This document shows positions 21,141 to 31,120 of a stretch of 64,000 nucleotides of DNA, piece after piece. The notes below the pieces were generated by a model. That model had not been told where the DNA came from, did no database searches, and worked only from the letters and a program-made list of their open reading frames with translations. Position numbers and translations under genes: made by a program. The DNA is from Anaerohalosphaeraceae bacterium (GTDB taxonomy: Bacteria; Planctomycetota; Phycisphaerae; Sedimentisphaerales; Anaerohalosphaeraceae): NCBI GenBank assembly GCA_963675525.2, contig CAXXSL010000019.1, positions 32,001 through 96,000 on the forward strand, written 5' to 3'. The stretch's first letter is position 1, and every line of letters begins with the position of its first letter.

Positions 21141-21218
21141 TGTGAGCGTGTGCAAGTGTTTTGCACTATGTTGTGTGGAGTTGTAGTATTTTTATTAACT
21201 TTTTTGGAGGCTGGAAAG

Positions 21219-22070
21219 ATGAAAAGATTATTGGTTTTAATGGCGCTTGTTGCGGTAGTGTTACTTGCAACGAATGCCCAGGCAGCAGTTTACTCAACCC
21301 GCCACGATGGCGGTGCTGATGCCGAGTTGCGCGAATCGGCTCCGGACCAAGCCAGGGGTACGGGCACAGAAATCGCGTCACGTATCGCGAGCAATCGCAA
21401 CAGCGTGATCTACCTGAAGTTCAACGTTGCAGACATTAGCCCGGCCGAACTGCTTGGCGACATCGCCGTGCGGACGACCTATCGAAATGCCAACCAGCTT
21501 ACTGCCGGTCGCATTGAGGACACCGTTGGCGGCGGAGCAAACACTGGGTTCGATTATTTCGTGATGGATCCCACGATTGCCGGTGCCGATTGGGATGAAG
21601 CAACAATCACACCGAATAATGCACCCGCTTATAACTCTGATGGTGACCTCTCGACCAAACCGACCGGGTATACATTTTTCCCGACGACCGGTCTAACCTA
21701 TCTTGGTCAACAACTGTTCGATAGCGGCGAAATTTATGGCGGTGCCTTGCTTGTCGGCGACCAGTTCGAATTTAACAATGCTCCGGGCAGTGCATTGCAC
21801 GCTGCGATCGTAGCTGCACAGGCCACTGACCATAAAACGGTGACCGTTGTTATGGGAATCGCTCACGACGCGACCAACCCCAATACCAACTGGATTGGCT
21901 TTAATTACTTGATGAACCCGAAAGAGATGAATCCGCTGAACGCTGACTCTGACAGTCCGTGGGGCGGGGATATCATGTCTGACCTGTTCGCTCCGGCACT
22001 GGTTACCCCTGAACCGGCAACACTTGTTCTGCTTGGTCTGGGTGGACTGGTTCTGCGTAGAAAACGCTAA
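21219..22070 (+). CDS. PEP-CTERM surface protein with DNRLRE-like domain
   Basis: Signal peptide, ADAELRE...YLKFNV...WDEATIT; C-terminal VTPEPATLVLLGLGGLVLRRKR. Confidence 0.9.
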   Translation: MKRLLVLMALVAVVLLATNAQAAVYSTRHDGGADAELRESAPDQARGTGTEIASRIASNRNSVIYLKFNVADISPAELLGDIAVRTTYRNANQLTAGRIEDTVGGGANTGFDYFVMDPTIAGADWDEATITPNNAPAYNSDGDLSTKPTGYTFFPTTGLTYLGQQLFDSGEIYGGALLVGDQFEFNNAPGSALHAAIVAAQATDHKTVTVVMGIAHDATNPNTNWIGFNYLMNPKEMNPLNADSDSPWGGDIMSDLFAPALVTPEPATLVLLGLGGLVLRRKR

Positions 22071-22110
22071 CCACATGTTGGAATTTGATTTGAGTTAAAC
22101 CTTAAAGGTC

Positions 22111-22141
22111 CAGGTACTGCACGTTTTACGTGCAGTACCTG
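22111..22141 (+). terminator. Stem-loop after PEP-CTERM gene
   Basis: Perfect 14-bp stem CAGGTACTGCACGT/ACGTGCAGTACCTG. Confidence 0.75.
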
Positions 22142-22285
22142 AATGCCTTTTCGATCGTGATTGACAGAGGACAGCATTTTGCGATGCTCCAATGTTTTGC
22201 TGTAAATCAGCGATTGGTGTGATTCGTTTGTGCCGCAGAGGGTTTCTGTGCTTTTAGTAACCGAATTGATACGACTTAAAGTATA

Positions 22286-22345
22286 AGAATATGACGAGTT
22301 GTTTCTTTAATGCGGGGAGACATTATCTAATTTTCATGGTATAAT
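22286..22345 (+). promoter_or_regulatory. 60-bp promoter cassette, copy D
   Basis: AGAATATGAC...TTTAATGCGGGGAGA...ATGGTATAAT. Confidence 0.75.
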
Positions 22346-22357
22346 CTATATTTAATT

Positions 22358-22390
22358 AATATGCAATCAATATGCAATCAACATGCATTA
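22358..22390 (+). repeat. Three tandem 11-bp repeats just downstream of promoter D
   Basis: AATATGCAATC AATATGCAATC AACATGCATTA. Confidence 0.8.
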
Positions 22391-22430
22391 ATGATATTAA
22401 AGAGGCGAATTTAACTGAAAGGATGGGATA

Positions 22431-24545
22431 ATGAGACGATTTTTTTGCATTTTGATGTGTTTAAGTATGGTTTCGATGGCATCGGCGCTGTCGATTACGA
22501 ATGGTAATTTTCAGGCCCAAAGCTCCCCTAATCGGGATGTTGCAGGTTGGTGGGATTATGCCGGTCCCAGTCTCGATATTTTTGCGGGCCCCAGTGTTTT
22601 CGTCGCTCCTCCCTTCTGCATCAATTCTACCACGGTTCTGCAAATGGGTAATGGTGCGAATGAAAATGAGGATGGCGGGAATCACGCCTATTGCTATCAG
22701 AGCATTGGTACCTATACCGGCACCCCCCAGATGGTCGAAATTACGTTAGATTGGGGCAGCAGCAGCTGGACTCCTAGTCCCTTAGCGCAAGGAGGCGAAA
22801 TGGGCCTCACTGTTATGATTCTGGAGTCTGACGGCACTTTTGAACCTAACGAATGGGACGGAGCGGCTCATGATATCTATGGGTTTGTGAAAGACGATGA
22901 GAACCCGGACCGCCCTATTACGGAGATCGCTCGGTCTACTGTATACAGGGATTTTGCCCCCGGCGAATCAATACTGGATGAACGATTTGTTCTTGATATA
23001 TCCAGTGCTACCGTCGGCAATGAACTGTTCCTCCGAATCAATGACGTTAAAGTGGTCAACATTCCGTATGCGAATGTGGACAACATCGAGATGTCTACTG
23101 CCTCAGTGAGAAATGAAGCGCCTGAAGATGGTGCTATATATGTTATGACCGAACTCACTTCAGCTGAGAATGATTTGGTTTTCATCGTTGCTGATCCGAA
23201 TATTGTTGCAGTTGATGTTCTGTTTAGCTCGGATCCCAACCTGTTTCCGTCATCTGAGATCGTTACCAAGCGGACAGTAACGCAAGGTCAAAATACGGTC
23301 ACGCTTGAGACGGAATTGGCTGGAGACCTTGAATGGAGTACAGAATACACCTGGAAAGTCCTTGCTTATAAATCGGACGGTGGCGGGGGGTATTCACTCG
23401 TATTCACGGGCCTGCCCACGAGTTTCACAACCATACAGGAAGGCCCCTTCCTCAGGGATGTCACTCCAAACGTACTGGCTGTTTGGCCCGGGGAAGATGC
23501 TGTCTTCTCATTAACGGACTACATTAAAACGGATACTTTCCAGTGGTACCAAGAAGGTGTTGGTGCACTGTCTAATGGCACTGATTTTACGGGTGTCGAC
23601 TCTAATTCGCTGACGGTTCTTGATGCCCAACTGGCCGATGAAGGAACGTTCTATTGTGTCGGTACGGAAACGGCGACCGGGCTCACTGCTCAGACTTTAT
23701 CCAGTGGCCAATTGACGATTAAGCAATTGAGGTCTTACTATCCGTTTGACACCGTCGATGGAAGCGGTTATACCCCGGACGTCGTAGGCGGAAAAAATGC
23801 GCAATTGATGGGTGGGGCATCTTTGGCTAGTGCAGATCCAATCGGCAGTTATGGCAGCTACCTGGTACTTGATAATCCTCGGAATCTTATTAATCCAGAT
23901 AATCCAGGACACACTCAGTACGCAGATATCGCAGATGACACTGTTGCTCATTATCCGGATATTACCGTTAGCTGCTGGGTCAAGCCGACGCTCCTTGATC
24001 TCGATTATGAACGATATGCCCGCATCTTTGACTTTGGTCAAGATAATGATAATTACTTTTATCTTACGTTGCTTACAAATTCAAACGAAGCGTCTTGTGT
24101 GATAGCTCTTGACGGCAGTGAGCGTGACGCCGATGGTGACGGTGAGATCGGTTACGGCACACAGTGGCTTTATGTTGTGTTAACGATCGAAGATGGTGGT
24201 GGTAAAATCTATATTAACGGTGAATACGGCGGCGGGGGAGGTTTACGCAATCCGTCGGATATACCTAAGACACTCAATTACATCGGTAAAGCCATCAGCA
24301 CCGAGGCCACTTACCCGAACTTCGGCGGCCTGATCGATGAACTGAAGATCTATAACTATGCCCTAACAGCTGAGGAGATTGCCCAGGAATACATGGATGT
24401 TCGAACGGAAGTTGAATTTATATGCAATAGGGATGACTACGATCTAGGAGACTGGGACTTCGATAACAATTGCCAGGTAGATCTTTCCGATTTTGCGGAG
24501 ATTGCTGAAAAATGGCTGCTTGATTACTTCATATATCCGCAATAA
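22431..24545 (+). CDS. Secreted non-catalytic CBM-like/Ig/LamG protein with C-terminal dockerin-like repeat (paralog 1)
   Basis: SITNGNF; FQWY...DEGTFYC Ig signature; ARIFDFG, IDELKIYN; DFDNNCQVDLSDF...KWL. Confidence 0.8.
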   Translation: MRRFFCILMCLSMVSMASALSITNGNFQAQSSPNRDVAGWWDYAGPSLDIFAGPSVFVAPPFCINSTTVLQMGNGANENEDGGNHAYCYQSIGTYTGTPQMVEITLDWGSSSWTPSPLAQGGEMGLTVMILESDGTFEPNEWDGAAHDIYGFVKDDENPDRPITEIARSTVYRDFAPGESILDERFVLDISSATVGNELFLRINDVKVVNIPYANVDNIEMSTASVRNEAPEDGAIYVMTELTSAENDLVFIVADPNIVAVDVLFSSDPNLFPSSEIVTKRTVTQGQNTVTLETELAGDLEWSTEYTWKVLAYKSDGGGGYSLVFTGLPTSFTTIQEGPFLRDVTPNVLAVWPGEDAVFSLTDYIKTDTFQWYQEGVGALSNGTDFTGVDSNSLTVLDAQLADEGTFYCVGTETATGLTAQTLSSGQLTIKQLRSYYPFDTVDGSGYTPDVVGGKNAQLMGGASLASADPIGSYGSYLVLDNPRNLINPDNPGHTQYADIADDTVAHYPDITVSCWVKPTLLDLDYERYARIFDFGQDNDNYFYLTLLTNSNEASCVIALDGSERDADGDGEIGYGTQWLYVVLTIEDGGGKIYINGEYGGGGGLRNPSDIPKTLNYIGKAISTEATYPNFGGLIDELKIYNYALTAEEIAQEYMDVRTEVEFICNRDDYDLGDWDFDNNCQVDLSDFAEIAEKWLLDYFIYPQ

Positions 24546-24590
24546 GCACCATTATAAAGAAGCTAAATTTATAACTGAAAGGATAGCAAA

Positions 24591-26669
24591 ATGAGAAAAA
24601 TAGTTTGCATTTTAATATGCTTAAGTATGGCTTCGATGGTATCCGCGCTGTCGATTACCAATGGTGACTTTGAAGCCCTATCAATCCGCGAGGATGTTCC
24701 GGACTGGTTCGAATCAAGTAGTACCTGGATACGGTTGCGTTATAGCCCAAACGACACGCGGTATATGAGGCTTGCTGACGACGACGATTGGGCCTATCAG
24801 AGTATCGGCGTCAATACGGGATTGCCTGCATTACAGATTCAGTATGAGATCGGATCCGTGGAGGATGTACCTGATGCGCCTGCGCTTGATCTGGTCATGA
24901 GCGTTTCGATCTATGAATCTGACGGCTCATTTGAAGGCCGAGATGGCAGGAATATTAACGGGGCTGCAGGTGTTACACTGATTGATTCCGTTGAAGTTTC
25001 ATATCCTGCGATGGCTGCAGGTGAATACATAACAGACTCTGTTACACTTCAATATTTAGACTCGGCCAGCGGTGAACTGTTTTTACGTTTCGAAAATATC
25101 GGTGACGGTGACGATGAAACGGATGACCGTTTCTCGATTGATAATGTTCAGATCGTTGGACTGGTACCGAGCGTTGTCAATCCGCTTCCGAAAGACGGTA
25201 CTGAGGGTGTAGCGATTGAGCTCACTTCAGCTGAGAATGACTTGGTTTTCACCGTTGTTGATGATGATATTGTTGAAATCGACGTTCTGCTTGCCCCCGG
25301 CGATCCCAACCTGCTTACTGTTCCGGCGAATAAGATCGTTGACGGCATGTCTGTTTCGTCAGGCAATCAATATACGATCACGCTTGAGACCGAATTGGCT
25401 GCAGACCTTGCATGGAGTACAGAATATTTCTGGCAAGTTCTTGCTTATGAGCCGAATGGTTTGGAGCTTTCGCTTAAATACGCAAGTCCAATCTCGAGTT
25501 ACACAACCATACAGGAAGGTCCCTTACTCGGTGATGTTGATCCCGGCAAACTATATGTCCACCCCGGGGAAGATGCTGAATTCACTTTGACCATGAGCTC
25601 GAAAGCGGATACTTTCCAGTGGTACAAAGAAGGCGTTGGTGCACTGTCTAACGGCGCTGATTATGCCGGCGTCGATACTGATACGCTGACTGTTCTTGAT
25701 GCCCAGCTGGCCGATGAAGGATTGTACTATTGTGTCGGGACGGAAACTTCGTCCGGGCTCACTGATCAGAGCGGAACCAGCGGCGAATTGAAAATTAAAT
25801 TATTAATGACTCACTATACGTTTGAGACCACCTATGAAGACAGCGGTAAAACTTATACCCCGGATATCATAAGCGGTAAAGATATGGAATTGAAGTATGG
25901 GGCAAGCTTGTCTGATGTAAATTCAATCATTGGCAACAACCTGTGGCTTGATAACCCTGTAGGTAACGCTTATGCGCAGATCGCAGATAACACTGTGGCT
26001 GATTATGACGATATTACCATTAGCTTCTGGTGTTATGCGACAACCCTTGTTAACAGTACCGATGGAGATCGATGGGCCCGAATCTTTGACTTTGGTAAAG
26101 ATGCTTCGGAGTATATTTTCTTTACGATGCTTTATCGACAGGACGATGCTCGCCAAGGCGGAAAGGATGTGGCGCGTTGTGAGATGAGATATTATGATGA
26201 AAACAACGCAGAACAAAATCCAGAGCTCGATGTCGAAAGTGATGAAATCGCTGCCGGAAAGTGGTATTTTATAGCGATAACCATCGAAGCTGATGAAGAT
26301 GGTTCAGGTGGTTCTGGACGTATATATCTTAGCGGTGAACACGGCACAGAGGGCGAATCGCCCCAGAGGTTAAATTTACCCAAACTGACGGAAATAACTA
26401 AGACAATCCATTACATCGGCAAAAACATCGGGTTTTCTGCCCCGCTCTTTAACGGCCGGATCGATGATTTCAAGATTTATAACTATGTCAGAACAAGCGC
26501 GGAAATTGCTCAGGATTATACTGATGTAACGGGTGATGAATCTCTTTGCGATATGGAGGTCTATGATTTGTGGGACTATGACTACGATAGTAATTGTCAG
26601 GTAGGTCTTAGCGATTTTATGGTGATTGCTGAAAAATGGATGGCTAGTTACCGAGTTTTCCCTGACTAA
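24591..26669 (+). CDS. Secreted non-catalytic CBM-like/Ig/LamG protein with C-terminal dockerin-like repeat (paralog 2)
   Basis: Same architecture; FQWY...DEGLYYC, WARIFDFG, DYDSNCQVGLSDF...KWM. Confidence 0.8.
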   Translation: MRKIVCILICLSMASMVSALSITNGDFEALSIREDVPDWFESSSTWIRLRYSPNDTRYMRLADDDDWAYQSIGVNTGLPALQIQYEIGSVEDVPDAPALDLVMSVSIYESDGSFEGRDGRNINGAAGVTLIDSVEVSYPAMAAGEYITDSVTLQYLDSASGELFLRFENIGDGDDETDDRFSIDNVQIVGLVPSVVNPLPKDGTEGVAIELTSAENDLVFTVVDDDIVEIDVLLAPGDPNLLTVPANKIVDGMSVSSGNQYTITLETELAADLAWSTEYFWQVLAYEPNGLELSLKYASPISSYTTIQEGPLLGDVDPGKLYVHPGEDAEFTLTMSSKADTFQWYKEGVGALSNGADYAGVDTDTLTVLDAQLADEGLYYCVGTETSSGLTDQSGTSGELKIKLLMTHYTFETTYEDSGKTYTPDIISGKDMELKYGASLSDVNSIIGNNLWLDNPVGNAYAQIADNTVADYDDITISFWCYATTLVNSTDGDRWARIFDFGKDASEYIFFTMLYRQDDARQGGKDVARCEMRYYDENNAEQNPELDVESDEIAAGKWYFIAITIEADEDGSGGSGRIYLSGEHGTEGESPQRLNLPKLTEITKTIHYIGKNIGFSAPLFNGRIDDFKIYNYVRTSAEIAQDYTDVTGDESLCDMEVYDLWDYDYDSNCQVGLSDFMVIAEKWMASYRVFPD

Positions 26670-26695
26670 GCACATGATGTGATTTTGTTTAGAGC

Positions 26696-26735
26696 GTGGA
26701 GGGTTCCTGTCTCAGGAACTCTCCACTTTTTTTTT
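26696..26735 (+). terminator. Intrinsic terminator
   Basis: GTGGAGGGTTCCTG-TCT-CAGGAACTCTCCAC + T9. Confidence 0.85.
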
Positions 26736-26796
26736 GCTTGAAAGTAATGAAATCCTGGGTTACCCTTATGTCCATTGTTAAATGGAATTGAGTGCA

Positions 26797-27945
26797 ATGG
26801 AAAGAATACTAATTTTACGTCAACCACAGAAATTGGTTTTCGGTAATGGCTGCAGTGAACAGGTCATCGAGGATTTTACCGGGCTTGGCTGCAACCGGGT
26901 GCTGATCGTGACATCCGATCCTATATTGCCCCTTGTTAAGCCTCTATCTGATCAATTAAAAAACAATGGGATTGCTGTTACGGTATGGGATGCAGGTGAC
27001 CGTGAGCCGACAATGGAGATGTTGGAGGCCGGATTAGAGACCTGCCGAAATATCCGGGCGGATGCCGTTATTGGATTTGGAGGGGGCAGCGTTCTTGACC
27101 TGGCAAAACTCATTGCAGCCCTGTGTGATGGCGAGCAGAATGTGACAGATGTTTTCGGAATTGACAAACTAACGGGGCGAAACACATACCTTGCCTGTTT
27201 GCCCACAACCGCAGGGACAGGCAGCGAGGTTTCACCCAATGCGATCCTTTTTGATCCTTCGGACCAATTAAAAAAAGGTGTCGTAAGTCAATACCTTGTG
27301 GCTGATGCAGCGTACGTTGATCCTTTGCTGACCCGGACGGTTCCTGCAACTGTGACAGCGGCCACTGGAATGGATGCACTTGTTCATTGTATCGAAGCCT
27401 ATGCGAACCGGTTTGCTCATGTTATCATAGATCATTATGCGCTGGAAGGCATCCGGTTGATCACAGCCAATCTAAAAAAAGCATACGAAAACGGCCTGGA
27501 CATTGAGGCCAGAGCGAATCTTGCCCTGGGCAGTATGTATGGCGGACTTTGTCTGGGGCCTGTTAATACCGGGGCAGTACACGCATTAGCGTATCCCCTG
27601 GGGGGGAAATATCATATTCCTCATGGTGTATCGAATGCAGTGCTCTTACGGCACGTCATGAATTATAATATGCAGGCAGATCCGGATAGGTATGCCGCAA
27701 TTGCCAAAGCGCTTGGTGCAGAAAACCGAAGAGATGAAATGGAAACGGCTCAACGCGGATTGGAGATTGTCTGCGAGTTGTCAGATCAGTGTGGAATACC
27801 TTCGAAGATCTCAGAGTTGAGTATTCCCTATGACGACCTTGAGGAAATGGCCGAATCTGCGATGACGGTTACAAGACTTTTGAAAAATAATCTTCGTAAG
27901 ATTACTTATAAGGATGCGTTATCAATTTACAGGAGTGCGTGGTAG
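26797..27945 (+). CDS. Iron-containing alcohol dehydrogenase family protein
   Basis: GFGGGSVLD, PTTAGTGSEV, GMDALVHCIE, HALAY, HIPHG. Confidence 0.93.
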   Translation: MERILILRQPQKLVFGNGCSEQVIEDFTGLGCNRVLIVTSDPILPLVKPLSDQLKNNGIAVTVWDAGDREPTMEMLEAGLETCRNIRADAVIGFGGGSVLDLAKLIAALCDGEQNVTDVFGIDKLTGRNTYLACLPTTAGTGSEVSPNAILFDPSDQLKKGVVSQYLVADAAYVDPLLTRTVPATVTAATGMDALVHCIEAYANRFAHVIIDHYALEGIRLITANLKKAYENGLDIEARANLALGSMYGGLCLGPVNTGAVHALAYPLGGKYHIPHGVSNAVLLRHVMNYNMQADPDRYAAIAKALGAENRRDEMETAQRGLEIVCELSDQCGIPSKISELSIPYDDLEEMAESAMTVTRLLKNNLRKITYKDALSIYRSAW

Positions 27946-27946
27946 T

Positions 27947-28855
27947 ATGTCTAATGGTATAAAATGTCAGGGCGTGATAGTTCCAATGGCAACCCCCTTT
28001 ACCGGAGAAGGACACATCGATCCGGAAAGTGTTCGCCGAATTATCGATCATCTAATTACCGGTGGTGTGGACGGTGTTTTTGTCATTGGAACAACCGGGG
28101 AGTCTGCTTCGATATCGATGACTGAGAAACAAAGGCTGGTTGAAGCCGCTGCTGGTTCTACGAACAACAGGGCTCTTGTTTATGCGGGGATATCGAGTAA
28201 CTGTCTTGACGAATCCATTGCAATGGCCAAAAGCTACATAGACCTCGGGGCTGATATTTTGGTGGCTCATGTACCGTATTATTATTCACTCAATGACAAT
28301 GAGATTTTCAGGTATTTCATGACATTGGCAGACCGTATTACGGGCTCTTTGATGATCTATAATATTCCCATGACAACGGGGATCTCACTTTCCATTGACC
28401 TTGCAGAAAAACTGAGCCATCATGAACGGATTGTTGGTTTGAAGGATTCCGAGAACACTCCCGGGCGACTGGAAGCAGCGATTGAAAGATTTTCCGGCCG
28501 AAGTGATTTTGCTTACGTTGTCGGCTGCGCGGCGCTTTCGGCAAAGGCAATCGCTCTTGGAGCCGCGGGAATTGTACCCAGTTCTGCGAATCTACATCCC
28601 CGACCTTGGAAACGTCTTTATGAAAATGCTCGTGACGGCCATGCATCCGCAGCGAAGGAACTCCAGGAACAAACCGATCAGATTTCAGTGATACTTCAAA
28701 AAAACAGGTCATTGGGCCAGTCCTTAGCCGCTTTAAAGGCTGCAATGCATCTTCTTGGATTGTGTGAGCCAACGGTTTTAGCGCCTCTTGAAACACTTCA
28801 ACAAGAGGAGATTGCAGAGATACAAAAACAAATGGCAACGATAATTATTTCTTAA
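27947..28855 (+). CDS. DHDPS/NAL-family pyruvate-dependent class I aldolase
   Basis: GTTGES, IYNIP, GLKDS (Schiff-base Lys). Confidence 0.92.
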   Translation: MSNGIKCQGVIVPMATPFTGEGHIDPESVRRIIDHLITGGVDGVFVIGTTGESASISMTEKQRLVEAAAGSTNNRALVYAGISSNCLDESIAMAKSYIDLGADILVAHVPYYYSLNDNEIFRYFMTLADRITGSLMIYNIPMTTGISLSIDLAEKLSHHERIVGLKDSENTPGRLEAAIERFSGRSDFAYVVGCAALSAKAIALGAAGIVPSSANLHPRPWKRLYENARDGHASAAKELQEQTDQISVILQKNRSLGQSLAALKAAMHLLGLCEPTVLAPLETLQQEEIAEIQKQMATIIIS

Positions 28856-28888
28856 AACATTCATGAATGATCCAAAGGAACACGGAAT

Positions 28889-29914
28889 ATGACCGAATCA
28901 AGACCGATTCTTGGAATAACGATGGGAGATCCTGCAGGTATCGGTCCGGAAATAGCGGCCAAAGCACTTGCCAATAAAAAAGTGTATGAAATTGCAAAAC
29001 CGATTATTGTGGGGGATGCAAAAGTAATTGCCAAGGCTGCTGATATTGCAAAAGTCAATCTAAAGGTACGTGCGGTTTCGCAGGTCAGCGAATCACTATT
29101 CGAACACGGCGTCGTGGATGTCCTGGATTTGAAAAATGTTAATATTGGAACGTTAGAGTATGGGAAAGTTTCGTCGATGGCTGGAAAGGCTGCTTTTGAG
29201 GCCATCGAAAAAGTCATTAAGCTTGCGATGGATAGCCGGATCGATGCGACGGTGACCGGACCGATCAACAAGGAATCCTTGAATCTGGCGGGATACCACT
29301 ATTCCGGCCATACGGAAATATTTGCTGAATATACGAAGACAAAAGAGTATACCATGCTTCTTGTTGATGGGAACATGCGGGTCGTGCATGTTTCGACGCA
29401 CGTTTCATTAAAACGAGCATGCGAGCTTGTTAAGAAAGAAAGAATTCTTGAGGTGATTCAATTAGCGAATGATGTATGTAAGCGATTGGGTATCGTGAAC
29501 CCTGCAATCGGTGTGGCGGGTTTAAATCCGCATTCCAGTGAAGGAGGATTGTTTGGAGATGAGGAGGAAAAAGAAATCATTCCGGCCATCGAAACGGCTC
29601 AGTCTCTTGGGATCAATGCCGAGGGCCCTGTTCCGGCCGACACCTTGTTTTCAAAAGTAAAGGGGGGAATGTATGATATTGCTGTGGCGATGTATCATGA
29701 TCAGGGACATATTCCTATCAAGGTAACAGGTTTTGTTTTTAATAATCAGTCGCAGAAGTGGGAATCGGTCAAAGGGGTCAATATTACGCTGGGGCTGCCG
29801 ATTATTCGAACATCCGTAGACCATGGCACCGCTTTCGACCAGGCGGGCAAGGGAACTGCTAACGAGGAAAGTTTGATCCATGCGATCGAATATGCCGTTA
29901 AACTTGCATCATAA
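28889..29914 (+). CDS. pdxA2: PdxA-family dehydrogenase, probably PdxA2 (4-phospho-tetronate dehydrogenase)
   Basis: GDPAGIGPE, GHTE, GLNPHS.E.GLFG.EE, AMYHDQG, RTSVDHGTAFD; adjacent DUF1537 kinase. Confidence 0.88.
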   Translation: MTESRPILGITMGDPAGIGPEIAAKALANKKVYEIAKPIIVGDAKVIAKAADIAKVNLKVRAVSQVSESLFEHGVVDVLDLKNVNIGTLEYGKVSSMAGKAAFEAIEKVIKLAMDSRIDATVTGPINKESLNLAGYHYSGHTEIFAEYTKTKEYTMLLVDGNMRVVHVSTHVSLKRACELVKKERILEVIQLANDVCKRLGIVNPAIGVAGLNPHSSEGGLFGDEEEKEIIPAIETAQSLGINAEGPVPADTLFSKVKGGMYDIAVAMYHDQGHIPIKVTGFVFNNQSQKWESVKGVNITLGLPIIRTSVDHGTAFDQAGKGTANEESLIHAIEYAVKLAS

Positions 29915-29932
29915 TACTATTTGGGATGCTTT

Positions 29933-31120
29933 ATGATCGTGGTAATTGCTGATGATTTGACGGGGGCCGGAGAGATCGGAGGAATTGGTCTGGCTTATGG
30001 TTTGAAGGTGGAGCTTCAGCGGCAATTTTGCCCGGACAGTGATGCCCAATTATTGGTTATTGACACAGATACCCGGTCTTTACCGCCTCAAGAGGCGCAG
30101 CAGGTGATACGAAGTATTGCTCGGCGATTGAATGAATCGAACCTGCCGATTGAATGGATATACAAAAAGACAGACTCGGTTCTTCGCGGACCGGTTGCCA
30201 GTGAATTGGAAGCATTACAGGAAGTTATGAGTGTTGCGAGAGTTTTACTGGTTCCGGCGAATCCCTCTAAAGGCAGGATTATACATGACGGAAATTATCT
30301 CATTAATGGGAAGCTGCTGAGTGAAACAGAGTTTGCTAATGACCCTGAATATCCTGCAAGAACTTCGAACGTTCTTGAATTGACGGCGTCGTCCGGTTCA
30401 GGTCAAATACATTTACTGAGAAGTGACCAGGTCTTTTCCTGCAAAGGACTCATATTAGGACAAGCCGAAACAACGGATGACCTTTTGCGGTGGTCAGAAC
30501 GGATGGACGAGCAAACAATTATGGCTGGGGGCGGGGAATTTTTTGAAGCCATTCTCAAGAACAAAGGATTTTTCAAAAAAACAATCGCTGCCCAAGAAGA
30601 ATACTCTAACAAAAAAGTATTGTTTGTCTGCGGCAGCAGTTCGGATTCCAGCCGTCAAGCCTTACAAGAAGCGGAGGGTTTTGGGGTGAGAATTTGCAGA
30701 ATGCCGGAATCGCTTTTTAGATCGGCGCATTCCGGGGATAAAGGTTTCCAGCAGTGGAGCAATGAGACAACCGGAAGTTTTGAAAATAATCACAGTGTTA
30801 TAATGGCAATCGATCGTGAGGTTGTAGGAAATGCCGAATTTGCCGGTAAACTACGCAGCATCATGGCAAAGACGGTGCTGGCTGTGCTCCGGAAAATTCC
30901 TCTGAAAGAACTATTTGTGGAAGGAGGCGCAACCGCTTCGGAGATTGTCGGACGCTTGGGATGGAGCCGTTTTGAAGCATGTAATCAACTGGGGGCGGGC
31001 GTCGTTAGAATGAAAGTTTTACAGAGTAACGATATTTGTCTGACAGTCAAGCCGGGCAGCTATCCTTGGCCTGAACAAATTCGAAATATTTTTCTGAAAG
31101 GGATATCCCATGCTGACTGA
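29933..31120 (+). CDS. Four-carbon acid sugar kinase (DUF1537, DtnK/DenK-like)
   Basis: IADDLTGA, DTDTRS, YKKTDSVLRG, EGGAT, KPGS. Confidence 0.92.
   Translation: MIVVIADDLTGAGEIGGIGLAYGLKVELQRQFCPDSDAQLLVIDTDTRSLPPQEAQQVIRSIARRLNESNLPIEWIYKKTDSVLRGPVASELEALQEVMSVARVLLVPANPSKGRIIHDGNYLINGKLLSETEFANDPEYPARTSNVLELTASSGSGQIHLLRSDQVFSCKGLILGQAETTDDLLRWSERMDEQTIMAGGGEFFEAILKNKGFFKKTIAAQEEYSNKKVLFVCGSSSDSSRQALQEAEGFGVRICRMPESLFRSAHSGDKGFQQWSNETTGSFENNHSVIMAIDREVVGNAEFAGKLRSIMAKTVLAVLRKIPLKELFVEGGATASEIVGRLGWSRFEACNQLGAGVVRMKVLQSNDICLTVKPGSYPWPEQIRNIFLKGISHAD

Noticed and set aside
28884..28894. Extra GAATATGAC matches (also 50294-50302 on the minus strand)
   Set aside because: One overlaps the pdxA start codon, the other lies in coding sequence; neither has the -10 at the fixed spacing.
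27947..29914. Lysine (dapA) and vitamin B6 (pdxA) biosynthesis genes
   Set aside because: Coupling to a DUF1537 kinase, Fe-ADH and SSS indicates catabolic paralogs; no dapB, pdxJ, surA or ksgA context.
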